Origin: Deferrisomatales bacterium | GTDB taxonomy: Bacteria > Desulfobacterota > Deferrisomatia > Deferrisomatales > JACRMM01 | DNA length: 51,920 nucleotides | Assembly: GCA_033551855.1 (NCBI GenBank) | Contig: JAWSUI010000026.1 | Location: forward strand, 1 to 51,920 | Direction: 5' to 3' | In this document: positions 40,191-49,777 of the stretch, piece by piece | Numbering within the stretch: position 1 is the stretch's first letter | How the letters are laid out: each line of letters begins with the position of its first letter | Made by a program: the position numbers and the translations under genes | Notes under the pieces: generated by a model | The model's database searches: none | What the model was told of the DNA's origin: nothing | Seen by the model: only the letters and a program-made list of their open reading frames with translations

Positions 40191-40247
40191 ATGGTAGCCG
40201 GCCGCCGGAATATTTAGCAACAGTAAAAAACTAAAGTTTAACTAAAA
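40191..40247 (-). promoter_or_regulatory. putative operon promoter with AT-rich regulator sites
   Basis: Minus strand TTGCTA-N18-TACCAT; TTTAGCAACAGTAAA (40213-40227) and TAAAGTTTAACTAAA (40232-40246) in an otherwise GC-rich background. Confidence 0.5.
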
Positions 40248-40445
40248 CGCTGTGCCTCGGCTGCCGCCAAACCTGTGTTTGTTTTTGGTCGCGCCGGGCT
40301 CCCCCCGGCATGACCCCACTCCCCACTCCTTCGATCCGTGCGGCCCCCGGGGCCGGGCCCGGCGGCCGCCGGCCCATAAGCTGCTCCAGTATAATCGCGG
40401 TATCTCCGGAGAGAAACCTTATAATTTATTATTCGTCCCATAAGA

Positions 40446-41327
40446 TTATTTGAAGCCACATTCCCTGCGCAGGGCGTCTAGCAGTAGCTCCGTGAGCGGC
40501 CGGCGTGGGTGGCGGCTCCGCTCGTACAGCCCCACCCTGCGCCGGAGCTGCGGGCTGCCCAAGGGGATGAGGGTGAGCCGGCGGCGGACCCGCTCGACCC
40601 GCGCCGCGCGCAGCGGAACCGCCGCCACCCCGAGGCCCTGCTCCACCAGGCTCAACACCGCCTCCAGGGAGTCGAGCTCCGTGACGTCCCGGGGGTGGAT
40701 GCCGCGAGCCATGAGATGGCCCTCGACCAGAGCTCCGGTCCACGCCGTCTTGTCGAAGCGAACGTAGGGTAGCTGCTCGAAGAGCGCCCGATCGTCGCCG
40801 CCGCCCGTGCCGGGGGGACCGACCACGTAGAAGGGTTCGTCGTCGTAGGGCCGCCACTCGCAGTGGGGCGGCACGGCATAGGGGGGCTCGCTGATGAGGG
40901 CGGCGTCGAGCTCCCCTCCCTCCACCCGAGGGGCCAGGTGGTCGGAGATCCCCGACCGGATGCGCACTTGGAACTCCTCGTGCTCCCTCCGGAGGCGGGC
41001 CAGCACCCCGGGCACCGGTCCCGTGAGCGCGGTCGGGATGACGCCGAGCTCCAGCACCCCGCGGACCCCGCCGTGGGGATCGAGCTCCCCCCGGAGACCG
41101 TCGTACAGCGCCAGGATCTCCTCGGCTCTCTCGAGGATGAGGCGCCCCGAGGGGTTGAGCCTCGTGCCCCGGCCCGTCCGGTCGAAGAGCTCCGTCCCGA
41201 GCCCCTCCTCCAGCCCCTTCATCTGGTGGCTCACCGCCGCCTGGGTGAGCCCCAGGTGTTCCGCAGCGGCGGAGAAGCTCCCGGCGCGGGCGATGACCGT
41301 CAGGGTGCGCAGGGCGCGCAGCGACAT
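40446..41327 (-). CDS. LysR family transcriptional regulator
   Basis: GSFSAAAEHLGLTQAAVSHQMKGLEEGLGTELFDR, substrate-binding domain (GELDAALI, VEQGLGVAAVP). Confidence 0.94.
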   Translation of the reverse strand: MSLRALRTLTVIARAGSFSAAAEHLGLTQAAVSHQMKGLEEGLGTELFDRTGRGTRLNPSGRLILERAEEILALYDGLRGELDPHGGVRGVLELGVIPTALTGPVPGVLARLRREHEEFQVRIRSGISDHLAPRVEGGELDAALISEPPYAVPPHCEWRPYDDEPFYVVGPPGTGGGDDRALFEQLPYVRFDKTAWTGALVEGHLMARGIHPRDVTELDSLEAVLSLVEQGLGVAAVPLRAARVERVRRRLTLIPLGSPQLRRRVGLYERSRHPRRPLTELLLDALRRECGFK

Positions 41328-41626
41328 GCGGAACAGGACCTCTTCGGAGCTTGGCCCCGGCTTGCCCTCTCTGGGCGGCACGACTCAAGGAAGTGACGGA
41401 CGGGAAACGCTCGGGGTGCCCCTTGGCAGGACCCGGCGAGCCAGGCTAGCGCGTCTCCCCCCGAAAGACAACCGACGGCAAAACTCGGAACCCACCCGCG
41501 GGTCCGTTTCTGGCCCCGGCCACCGAGCGTCTTCGAGAAAGGGCGCCCCGCGGGGCGTTTAGAGAGAATGACTATTCTCAAGTGGCCCGCCGGTCCGCCT
41601 CCTCGCGAAAGGCGACGTCTGATCTT

Positions 41627-41668
41627 TTGACAGGGATCAAGGTTGCGGCATCTTTTCCGGGAGACAAT
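41627..41668 (+). promoter_or_regulatory. FNR/CRP-family box with class II promoter geometry
   Basis: TTGAC-AGGG-ATCAA (41627-41640); GACAAT -10 at 41663-41668 places the box near -41.5. Confidence 0.5.
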
Positions 41669-41794
41669 GTGACGAGTCATTCACTACGAGGGCGGGATGA
41701 GGCGCGAGCGGCCGGCCCTCCGGCCACAGCGTCCCCGCCGGTTACCCGGCGTCCACCGCACGGCTCAGTGCTGGATGAGCCCGGAGACCGTCCC

Positions 41795-42961
41795 ATGAGA
41801 AGAATCGCGGCTCTCGCACTGCTGTTGGCCTTCGCGGCCGGCGGAGCATTCCTGATCGTCCAGAAGCGCGCTCGCCTGGCCGCGGCACCCGCGGAGGCGA
41901 GCAGGCCCGTCCCCGTGCAGACCGCAATGGCGTCCCTGGGTTCCCTGACCTCCAGCCGCACGTACCTGGGCCGGGTGGAGGCCTGGCAGACGGCCCGGAT
42001 CGCGGCCCAGATCTCGGCCCGGGTCCGTGAGATCGCGGTGCGGGAGGGAGACACGGCGAAGAGCGGCCGGGTGGTCGTCCGCCTGGACGACGCGGACCTT
42101 CGCCACGCCCTGGCCGCAGTGGACGCCGAGCTCCGACAAGCGGCCGACCTGGCGGCCTCCCAGGAAGCGACCTGGTCGTCCCTCCGGGGCACGGAGGCTT
42201 ACTGGCGCCGGGAGGCCGAGAGGGACCGCCGCCTGGCCGCCGAGGGGGCCGTGGCGCGGGCGGCGGCCGACGCCGCCGCGGACCGTTGGAACGAGGCGGC
42301 CGGGCGGCTGGAAGCAGCGGAGAAGGCGCTCTCCGCCGCCCGTCACCAGTGGGACGCCCTCCGGGAGCGGCGCCGGGAGGTCGAGGCGCGGGCGCAGTAC
42401 GCCCTCCTCTCGAGCCCCTTTACGGGGGTGGTCTCCCGCCGGTGGGCCGACCCCGGCGACCTGGCCGTCCCCGGCAAGCCCCTCCTCGAGATCGAAGACC
42501 GGTCTCGGCTGCGGGTCCTGTTTGCGGTACCCCAGGAGGAGGCGGCGCGCCTCGCTCCCGGGGTCGAGGTCATCGTGCGGCGCGATCGAGGGGAGCTCGG
42601 TCTCCTCGTCTCCCGCGTCCACCCCACCCTCAACCCCGACCGGACGCTCACCGCCGAGGCCGAGGCGCCCGGGGACGCCGGGCTCGAGCCCGGCGCCTAC
42701 CACGCCGTCGAGGTGGTCTGGGAACGGCGAGAGGGGCTCGTCCTGATCCCGGCTGCGGCGGTCCTGGTCGGCCCCTCCGGGGAAGCGGCCGCCTTCGCCG
42801 TGGTCGAAGGGCGCACCGAGCTCCGCCCCGTGCGCGTGGTCGCGTCGGGCGGCGGCAAGGTCGCGGTGGAGGGGATCGACCCCGGCCTCGAGGTGGTGAC
42901 GAGCACCTACCTGGGCTGGAACCGCCTGGCCGCCGGGGAACGGGTGGAGGTGACCCGATGA
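41795..42961 (+). CDS. RND efflux periplasmic adaptor (membrane fusion protein)
   Basis: N-terminal anchor, VREGDTAKSGRVVVRLD lipoyl half, coiled coil, SPFTGVVSRR..DPGD. Confidence 0.9.
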   Translation: MRRIAALALLLAFAAGGAFLIVQKRARLAAAPAEASRPVPVQTAMASLGSLTSSRTYLGRVEAWQTARIAAQISARVREIAVREGDTAKSGRVVVRLDDADLRHALAAVDAELRQAADLAASQEATWSSLRGTEAYWRREAERDRRLAAEGAVARAAADAAADRWNEAAGRLEAAEKALSAARHQWDALRERRREVEARAQYALLSSPFTGVVSRRWADPGDLAVPGKPLLEIEDRSRLRVLFAVPQEEAARLAPGVEVIVRRDRGELGLLVSRVHPTLNPDRTLTAEAEAPGDAGLEPGAYHAVEVVWERREGLVLIPAAAVLVGPSGEAAAFAVVEGRTELRPVRVVASGGGKVAVEGIDPGLEVVTSTYLGWNRLAAGERVEVTR

Positions 42962-45900
42962 GCCTCACCCGGCACGCCCTGGAGAGGCCCCACGCCGTCC
43001 TGGTCCTGGCCCTGCTCGCAGCCGTTCTCGGGGTCTTCGGTCTGCTCCGCACCCCCACGGACCTGTTCCCCGACACGGCCCCGCCCCAGGTCGCGGTGGT
43101 CACCGTGTACCCCGGCGCGTCGGCCTCGGACGTGGACGGCGAGGTGACCCAGCTCTTGGAGCGCGAGCTCGCATCGGTGGCGGGTCTGGTCCGGGTGCGG
43201 TCCGTCTCCCGGGACGAGGTCTCCTCGGTCACCGCCGAGTTCCGGTATGAAAAGCCCGTGGGCGAGGCGGTGGTGGACGTGCAGACCGCGGTGGCCCGGG
43301 TCCGGGGCTCCCTGCCCGCGCAGACCGAGGAGCCGCGGCTGTACCGCATCACCGACGCCACCCGGCCCCTCCTGACCCTGGCCGTCTCGCCGGCGGCCGA
43401 GAGCCTCAAGTCCCTCGCGGGCGTGCGCCTCTTGGCGGAGAACCAGCTCCGGGACGCCCTGCTGGCCGTGCCCGGGGTCGCCGACGTGCAGGTGTTCGGG
43501 GGCCGCCGGCCCGAGGTCTCCGTCCGCGTGGACCGGGAGGCCCTGGCCGCCCGGGGGATCACCCTGGGGGAGGTGGTCGCCCGCCTGGCCCAGCAGAACG
43601 TCTCCGCCCCCGTGGGCACCGTGTACGGCTCGGCGAGCGAGTACCTGGTGCGGGTCCAGGGGCAGTTCCGGGACCCGGCCGAGATCGAGGCGCTGCCCCT
43701 GCGGTCCTCCTCCACCAGCCAGATCCGCCTCGGGGACGTGGCCCGGGTCGCCCTCGCCGACGCCGACCCCCGGAGCGCCTACCACGGGAACGGCCGGCCG
43801 GCGGTGGCCCTGAACGTGCTCCGGGCGGAGGGGGGCCACACCGTCGCCGCCATCCGGGCCGTCAAGGAGGCCCTGCCCGGCATCGAGGCGCACTACCCCG
43901 ACCTCGTCTTCGAGCTCGCGGACGACCAGGAGCCCCTCATCGCGCTGAACACGCGCGGCATGCGCTCCTCCCTGTGGCAGGCGGTGGCACTGACCGTGGC
44001 GGTGATCTTCCTCTTCCTCGGCAACGCCCGGGCGGCGTCGGTGGCGAGCGTCTCGATCCCCCTCTCGTTCCTGGCTGCCCTCGCCGTCCTGTGGTTCAGC
44101 CCCTACACGCTCAACATGGTCACCATGTCGGGGCTCATCGTGGCCGTCGGCATGGTGGTGGACGCGTCCGTGGTGGTCCTCGAGAACGTGTACCGTCACC
44201 GCGCCGCCGGTTCCGGCGCCCGGGAGGCCTCCGAGGCGGGCACCCGCGAGGTCGCCCTGGCCATCACGGCCGGGATGCTCACCACCGTGGTCGTTCTCGT
44301 GCCGGTGCTCTTCACCCACGGGTACACGGCCCGCATCATGCGCCCCCTGAACGTGATGATCATCGTCACCCTGGTGGCCTCCCTCGTGGCCTCCCTCACC
44401 GTGGTGCCGGCCCTTGCCGCGCGGCTGCTGGGCGAGAGCCGCGGGACGGGGCGCCTGGAGAGGCTCACCGCCCCCGTGGGGCGTGCCCTGGACCGGGTCA
44501 CCGACGGCTACGTCGTCCTGGTCGACTGGGGGCTCCGGCACCGCGGGGTCTTCCTCCTGGGGTGCCTCCTCTTCCTGCTGCTGACCATGGGGGTGGTGCG
44601 GCCCCTCCTGGGTGGGGAGCAGATGCCCCCCATGGACACCGGGATCGCCATCGTGGAGTTCGACGCGCCCTCCTCCAGCCGGCCGGACGAGGTCGAGGCG
44701 GCCCTGTCCCGGGTGGAGGCGGTGATCCTCGAGACCCCGGGGGTGCGGCGCGTCTCGTCCACGATGGGCTCGGAGCCCGACGCCATAAGCTTCGGAAGCG
44801 GGGCGACGGTCCAGTCCGCCCGGATCACCGTGCACCTCACCCCGCGCACCGAGCGGCGGGAGACGATCTGGGAGATCCAGGCCCAATGGCGCGAGCGGCT
44901 GCGGGGCACCGTCGGCGTGCAGACCTTTCGGGTGGCAGAGTACGGCGCGACCCCGGTCTCCACCACCCGGGCGCCCCTGGACGTGATCCTCTCGGGTCCG
45001 GACCCGCGGGTGCTGGACCGGCTGGCCGACGAGGTCCTGGCCCGGCTCCGCCCGCAGCGCGGGCTCCTGGACCTGCGGCGCTCCTGGCACACGGACAAGG
45101 CGGAGCAGGTGGTCGTCGTCTCCCCCGAGCTCGCCCGGCTTCACGGCACCTCACCCGCCGAGGTGGCGGTGGAACTGCAGGCGGCGGTTCGGGGCATCCC
45201 GGCCACGCGGCTGCGGCTCGCCGAGTTCCTGGACATCCCCGTGCGGGTCCGCTACCGGGCCGAACAGATGGCGGACCCGGCCCACCTGGAGGGGGTCTAC
45301 GTGCCCACGGAGCTGGGCCCGGTGACGGTGGCCGGCCTCGCCCGCATCGAGGGGGGCAGCGCACCACCCTTCCTGACCCGGGAGGACCTGCAGCCCACCG
45401 TGAACGTGACGGCAGGAAACACGGTGCTCACCATCGCCGAGGTAGCAGAGGCCGCGGAGGCCCGCCTGGCAGACCTCCCCCTGCCCAGGGGCTACGCCAT
45501 CCAGGTGGCCGGCACCGCCCGGGACATGGCCGAGAGCCAGGGAGAGCTCGGGCGCGCCCTCACACTCGGTCTCGCCCTCCTGTTCCTGCTTCTCGTGGCG
45601 CTCTTTCGGTCGTTCCTGCACCCCCTGGCGATCCTCGGCGCCGTGCCCCTGGCCGTCGCCGGGGCCCTGTGGGGGCTCCTGCTCTTCGACAAGCCCATGT
45701 GCATGCCGGCCCTCATGGGCATCATCCTCCTCGGCGGCACGGTGGTGAACAACGCCATCCTGCTGCTCGATTTCATCGTCGAGGCCCGGCGGGCCGGCAC
45801 GTCCCGCGACGAGGCCGTCCTCCAGTCGGTGCGGCTCCGGGTTCGGCCGATCCTGATGACCGCCCTCTCCACCGTGGTGGGGTTCACCCCGCTGATCTTC

Positions 45901-47412
45901 GAGATGGCCGTGGGCCTGGAGAGGATGAGCCCCCTCGGGGTGGCCGCGGCCACCGGGCTCCTCTTCGGCACCGTGATCACCACCGTGGCCGTGCCCGTGC
46001 TCTACTCGGCCCTGGACTCCCTGTCCTCGACCCTCTCCCGGGGCTCGGCCCGGGCTCGGCGGGCCGCCCTCGCGGCCCTGTGCGGTGCGGTCGTCCTGTC
46101 TCCCGCCCCGTCCCAGGCCATCGTGGGGCTCTCCTCCCCGCTCACTTTGGAAGCTGCCGTGGCTTTCGCCCTGGCCCACAGTCCCGAGCTCGAGGCGGCC
46201 CGGGCCGAGGCAGAGCTCCTCGAGGGGGTCGCGCGTGGGGCCGAGGCTCACCGCCGGGTCGCCGCGGAGCTCTCCGCCGGGGGAGGCTGGTACGAAGAGC
46301 CCCACGGGATGATCCCCGGGGCCTTCGGGAAGGTCCAGCGCGCGGACCGGTGGCTCTTCCAGACCGAGGCGCAGGCCCGGTACCTCCTGTGGGACTTCGG
46401 ACGCTCCGAGGAGCGGCTCCGCTCGGCCCTGGCGCGGGCCGACGCGGCCGGCCTCACCGAAACCCGGCAACGCCAGCACGTCACCTTCCAGGTCTCCCGC
46501 CTGTTCCTCGCCTCCCTGGCGGTGGACGACCTCCTGGAGCCCGCGAAGGCATCCCGGAGGAGCCTGGAGGCCCTCGCGGCCACCACCGAACGGCTCGCGG
46601 ACGAGGGGGTCGTGCCGGCCGTGGACCGGCTCAAGGTCCGGGTGAAGCTGGCCCAGGTGGAGAGCCGGATCGCCGCCCTCGAGGGCGACCGCCGCTCCCT
46701 CCGGGCCGCCCTGGGGGCGACCCTCGGGGCGGAGGGTGAGCTGCCGCCCCTCGTCTGGGCGGAGCCCAAAGCGGAGGGTCGTCGGCCGGAGGAGCCGCGC
46801 GACGGCACGGCGCTGCGCCCTGACGTCGCCGCCCGCCGAACCGAAACCGCGGCAGCGGCCGGCGAGGTCGAGGCGGCCCGCCGGGACCGCCTCCCCCGCC
46901 TCGAGGCCCGGGCCTCCTATTCTCTCTACGCCGCGCCCGACCCGCGCCCCGCCTTTCCGGGGGGCGAGGACCGGCGCTGGGAGGACGACGCGTTCGTGGG
47001 CCTGCAACTCACCGTCCCCCTCCTGGACGGCGGCCTGCGGGACGCGAACCTCCGGCAGGCCCGGGCGCGGGCCGAGGCGGCGCGGGCCGCCTTGCGCCGG
47101 GCACGGCTCGAAGCGGCGCGGGAGGTCAGCCAGGCCGAGGCGGACCTGGATCGCGCCCGTGCGGAGATCGCCGCCAACCAGGCCGCGGCCGACGAGGCCG
47201 GCGAGGCGGCGCGGATCGAGCGGCTCAAGTACGGGGAGGGAAGGGGCACGGTGAACGACGTGCTCGAGGCGGAGGCGGCGCTGCTCGACGCCGAGGGGCG
47301 GCTCCGGGCCGCCCGCCGGGAGGCCGAGGTGGCCCGTCTGGCCCTGGACCTGGCCCTGGGCCGGGGGCCGGTCGCCGGGAATCAGGAGTCTTCCCCCCGG
47401 GGGGGCCGGTAG
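42958..47412 (+). CDS. RND efflux permease fused in frame to a TolC-family outer membrane factor (1484 aa)
   Basis: DLFPD..PP, VPGVADVQVFGG, SIPLS, GMVVDASVVVLEN, NNAILL, RVRPILMT; then LTLEAAVAFALAHSPEL, LLWDFGR, RPDV, VPLLDGG, YGEGRGTVNDVLEAE; ATGA overlap with MFP stop. Confidence 0.9.
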   Translation: MSLTRHALERPHAVLVLALLAAVLGVFGLLRTPTDLFPDTAPPQVAVVTVYPGASASDVDGEVTQLLERELASVAGLVRVRSVSRDEVSSVTAEFRYEKPVGEAVVDVQTAVARVRGSLPAQTEEPRLYRITDATRPLLTLAVSPAAESLKSLAGVRLLAENQLRDALLAVPGVADVQVFGGRRPEVSVRVDREALAARGITLGEVVARLAQQNVSAPVGTVYGSASEYLVRVQGQFRDPAEIEALPLRSSSTSQIRLGDVARVALADADPRSAYHGNGRPAVALNVLRAEGGHTVAAIRAVKEALPGIEAHYPDLVFELADDQEPLIALNTRGMRSSLWQAVALTVAVIFLFLGNARAASVASVSIPLSFLAALAVLWFSPYTLNMVTMSGLIVAVGMVVDASVVVLENVYRHRAAGSGAREASEAGTREVALAITAGMLTTVVVLVPVLFTHGYTARIMRPLNVMIIVTLVASLVASLTVVPALAARLLGESRGTGRLERLTAPVGRALDRVTDGYVVLVDWGLRHRGVFLLGCLLFLLLTMGVVRPLLGGEQMPPMDTGIAIVEFDAPSSSRPDEVEAALSRVEAVILETPGVRRVSSTMGSEPDAISFGSGATVQSARITVHLTPRTERRETIWEIQAQWRERLRGTVGVQTFRVAEYGATPVSTTRAPLDVILSGPDPRVLDRLADEVLARLRPQRGLLDLRRSWHTDKAEQVVVVSPELARLHGTSPAEVAVELQAAVRGIPATRLRLAEFLDIPVRVRYRAEQMADPAHLEGVYVPTELGPVTVAGLARIEGGSAPPFLTREDLQPTVNVTAGNTVLTIAEVAEAAEARLADLPLPRGYAIQVAGTARDMAESQGELGRALTLGLALLFLLLVALFRSFLHPLAILGAVPLAVAGALWGLLLFDKPMCMPALMGIILLGGTVVNNAILLLDFIVEARRAGTSRDEAVLQSVRLRVRPILMTALSTVVGFTPLIFEMAVGLERMSPLGVAAATGLLFGTVITTVAVPVLYSALDSLSSTLSRGSARARRAALAALCGAVVLSPAPSQAIVGLSSPLTLEAAVAFALAHSPELEAARAEAELLEGVARGAEAHRRVAAELSAGGGWYEEPHGMIPGAFGKVQRADRWLFQTEAQARYLLWDFGRSEERLRSALARADAAGLTETRQRQHVTFQVSRLFLASLAVDDLLEPAKASRRSLEALAATTERLADEGVVPAVDRLKVRVKLAQVESRIAALEGDRRSLRAALGATLGAEGELPPLVWAEPKAEGRRPEEPRDGTALRPDVAARRTETAAAAGEVEAARRDRLPRLEARASYSLYAAPDPRPAFPGGEDRRWEDDAFVGLQLTVPLLDGGLRDANLRQARARAEAARAALRRARLEAAREVSQAEADLDRARAEIAANQAAADEAGEAARIERLKYGEGRGTVNDVLEAEAALLDAEGRLRAARREAEVARLALDLALGRGPVAGNQESSPRGGR

Positions 47413-47429
47413 CCTCTCCCCCTCCCGCC

Positions 47430-47474
47430 TTGACGACCTGGCTAGGCCGTGCTACACGGGACTCGTGCTACACG
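47430..47474 (+). promoter_or_regulatory. TA-operon promoter with two palindromic operators
   Basis: TTGACG-N17-TACACG; CGTG-CTA-CACG at 47448-47458 and again at 47464-47474. Confidence 0.7.
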
Positions 47475-47491
47475 AGGTCGACGAGGCGACG

Positions 47492-47728
47492 ATGGCGAAC
47501 CTGACGATCACGGTCGATGAGGACGTCCTGCGAAAGGCCCGGCTCCGCGCCCTGGAGACGGGGACGTCCGTGAACGCCTTCCTGCGCAGCGCCCTGGAGT
47601 CCTTTGCGGGGGCGCGAGACGAGCAGCTCGAGGCGCTCTCAGACCTCCTGGCGTTGTCGCGCTCCTGCGCGTCCGGACGAGGCGGGCGTTCGTGGACGCG
47701 AGACGAGCTCCACGAGCGCGGGCCGTGA
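47492..47728 (+). CDS. VapB-type ribbon-helix-helix antitoxin
   Basis: MANLTITVDEDVLRKARLRA...GTSVN, C-terminal WTRDELHER; GTGA overlap with PIN gene. Confidence 0.85.
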   Translation: MANLTITVDEDVLRKARLRALETGTSVNAFLRSALESFAGARDEQLEALSDLLALSRSCASGRGGRSWTRDELHERGP

Positions 47729-48180
47729 GATCGTTCTTCGACACGAACATCCTCGTCTACCTCTTCGACGCCGGATCCCCGGAGAAGCAGGGCGCCGCCA
47801 GGGAGATCCTCGAGCGGGAGGTGCTGGAGGGGCGGGCCGTCCTGAGCACGCAGGTGCTCCAGGAGCTCTACGTCGCCGTGACGAGGAAGCTCGCCGCGCC
47901 CCTCCCGCCCGCCGACGCCGAGCGCGCGGTCAGGGACCTGGCTGCCCTCCCCACCGTCCAGGTCGACAAGGACTTGATCCTGCGGGGCATCCGCCGCTCC
48001 CGGGCGTCGGTGCTCTCGTTCTGGGATGCCCTGATCCTCGAAGCCGCCCTGGAGGCCAACGCCACAACGCTCTTCACGGAAGACCTCCAGCACGGGCAAG
48101 TCATCGGTGGGCTACGGATCGCCAACCCCTTCGTCCCGCCCGCGCCCCCTCCCCCATCCGGGAAGGAGCGATCCCGGTAG
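47725..48180 (+). CDS. vapC: PIN-domain toxin
   Basis: FFDTNILVY, STQVLQE, SFWDALILEAA, TEDLQHG. Confidence 0.9.
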   Translation: MRSFFDTNILVYLFDAGSPEKQGAAREILEREVLEGRAVLSTQVLQELYVAVTRKLAAPLPPADAERAVRDLAALPTVQVDKDLILRGIRRSRASVLSFWDALILEAALEANATTLFTEDLQHGQVIGGLRIANPFVPPAPPPPSGKERSR

Positions 48181-48316
48181 CCCTTGCCCCGTCTGGCACC
48201 GAGCCGGCAACGGAACGCGGGGGAGCTTCCGGCGGCCCCCCCTACTTCTGGGGGCATGGAGCCGGAACGGGGAGGCCCGGCGCACGAAGCCGAACGCCCG
48301 GCCGCAGGGGCCGGGC

Positions 48317-49252
48317 TCAGCCGCCTGCGAACTCCACGCCCTTCTGGATGTTCGCCCGAAGGGTCGGGATCATCTCGTCGAAGAGCTTCTTCTCGTAGGC
48401 GCTCAGGCGACCGTAGCCGACCACCTTGGTCGCGCCGCCCTTGCCCAGGCGCACGGGCAGGGCGAAGTACTCGGTGGGCTGGCCCTCCACCGGCACGTAG
48501 GCGCACTGCACCGACTCTTTGCCCTGGAGCCCGCAGACCAGCGCCATGGTGAACCGGCAGGCGGCCTCGGCCATGGAGAGGGTCGCCGACCCGGCCCCGG
48601 CCTTGGCCTCCACCACCTCGGTGCCCGCCTCCTGGATCCGCGGGGTGAGCTTGTCGAGCTCCTTCTGTGTGAACGAGACCCCCTTCACCTTCGAGAGGAG
48701 CGGCAGGATCGTATTCCCGCTGTGGCCGCCGATCACGGTCACCTGGGTCTTCACCGGGTCGAGCTTCTTGAGCTCGGCCACGAAGGTCTTGGCGCGGATC
48801 ACGTCCAGGGTCGTCACGCCGAAGAGCTTTTTCGGGTTGAAGACCCCGGCCTTCTTCAGGACCTCGGCGGCGATCGGGACCGTGGAGTTCACCGGGTTGG
48901 TGATGATCGCGAAGCAGGCCTTGGGGCAGGCCCTGGCCCCGGCCTCCATCAGGTTCTTCACGATGCCCGCGTTCACGTTGAAGAGATCGTCGCGGGTCAT
49001 GCCGGGCTTCCGGGGCACGCCGGCGGGGATGACCACCACGTCGCTGCCCTTGAGGGCCTTTTCGAGCTCGTCCTTCCCGTGGCCCGTGACCTGGACCGTC
49101 GTGGGGATGTGGCTCAGGTCCACCCCGACGCCCACGACCACCGGCACCACGTCGTACAGCGCCAGCTTGGACCCGGCGGGGAGCGCGTTCTTCAGGAGCA
49201 GGGACAGGGGCTGGCCGATGCCGCCGGCGGCGCCGAGCACGGTGACCTTCAT
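48317..49252 (-). CDS. mdh: NAD-dependent malate dehydrogenase, E. coli/mitochondrial (dimeric) type
   Basis: [77 protein letters not shown]. Confidence 0.96.
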   Translation of the reverse strand: MKVTVLGAAGGIGQPLSLLLKNALPAGSKLALYDVVPVVVGVGVDLSHIPTTVQVTGHGKDELEKALKGSDVVVIPAGVPRKPGMTRDDLFNVNAGIVKNLMEAGARACPKACFAIITNPVNSTVPIAAEVLKKAGVFNPKKLFGVTTLDVIRAKTFVAELKKLDPVKTQVTVIGGHSGNTILPLLSKVKGVSFTQKELDKLTPRIQEAGTEVVEAKAGAGSATLSMAEAACRFTMALVCGLQGKESVQCAYVPVEGQPTEYFALPVRLGKGGATKVVGYGRLSAYEKKLFDEMIPTLRANIQKGVEFAGG

Positions 49253-49291
49253 GGCGGTTCCTCCCTTCGAAAGTGGACAGCGGACGGCGGA

Positions 49292-49361
49292 ATGCTAGGC
49301 GGCGGCCCCGCCGGCGTCAAGCGCCTTTTAGCGAAAATCAAGTCCTTTTAGCCGAGCTAAA
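49292..49361 (-). promoter_or_regulatory. mdh promoter with upstream LysR-type boxes
   Basis: Minus strand TTGACG-N17-TAGCAT; perfect palindrome TTTAGC-CGA-GCTAAA (49347-49361, T-N11-A) and weaker copy TTTAGCGAAAATCAA (49327-49341). Confidence 0.65.
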
Positions 49362-49408
49362 GTTGGCCGGCGCACCGGCGGTTCCGACCCCGTCCGGAGG
49401 GCGGCATC

Positions 49409-49437
49409 TTGACCCCCCCGGCCCCTCCCCGTAGAGT
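49409..49437 (+). promoter_or_regulatory. sigma70-like promoter of MNT-HEPN pair
   Basis: TTGACC-N17-TAGAGT. Confidence 0.55.
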
Positions 49438-49477
49438 GGCCTCGTGGCGGTGTGCCCAGTCCTGCCGGGAGGAATCG

Positions 49478-49777
49478 ATGAGAGGGGCGCCGGAGAGCCT
49501 GAAGCGGGAGGTGGTGCGGCTGGCCGCCACCGAGCCTCGGGTGGAGAAGGTCATCCTGTTCGGCTCCCGGGCGCGGGGCGACGCGGGCGAGAGGGCCGAC
49601 GTGGACCTGGCGGTCCTGGCCCCCCGCGCAAGCCAGCGTGCGTGGCTCGACCTCGCCTTCCGCCTGGAGGAGATCGACTCCCCGGTGCCCGTTCAGGTGG
49701 TCCGCCTCGAAGAGGTCTCGGCAGGCCTTCGGGAACGGGTGCTGGAGGAGGGGGAGGTGTGGTATGCACGGGAATAA
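49478..49777 (+). CDS. minimal nucleotidyltransferase (MNT) antitoxin
   Basis: ILFGSRARGDAGERADVDL (GSx10DxD); GGAGGA RBS. Confidence 0.9.
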   Translation: MRGAPESLKREVVRLAATEPRVEKVILFGSRARGDAGERADVDLAVLAPRASQRAWLDLAFRLEEIDSPVPVQVVRLEEVSAGLRERVLEEGEVWYARE

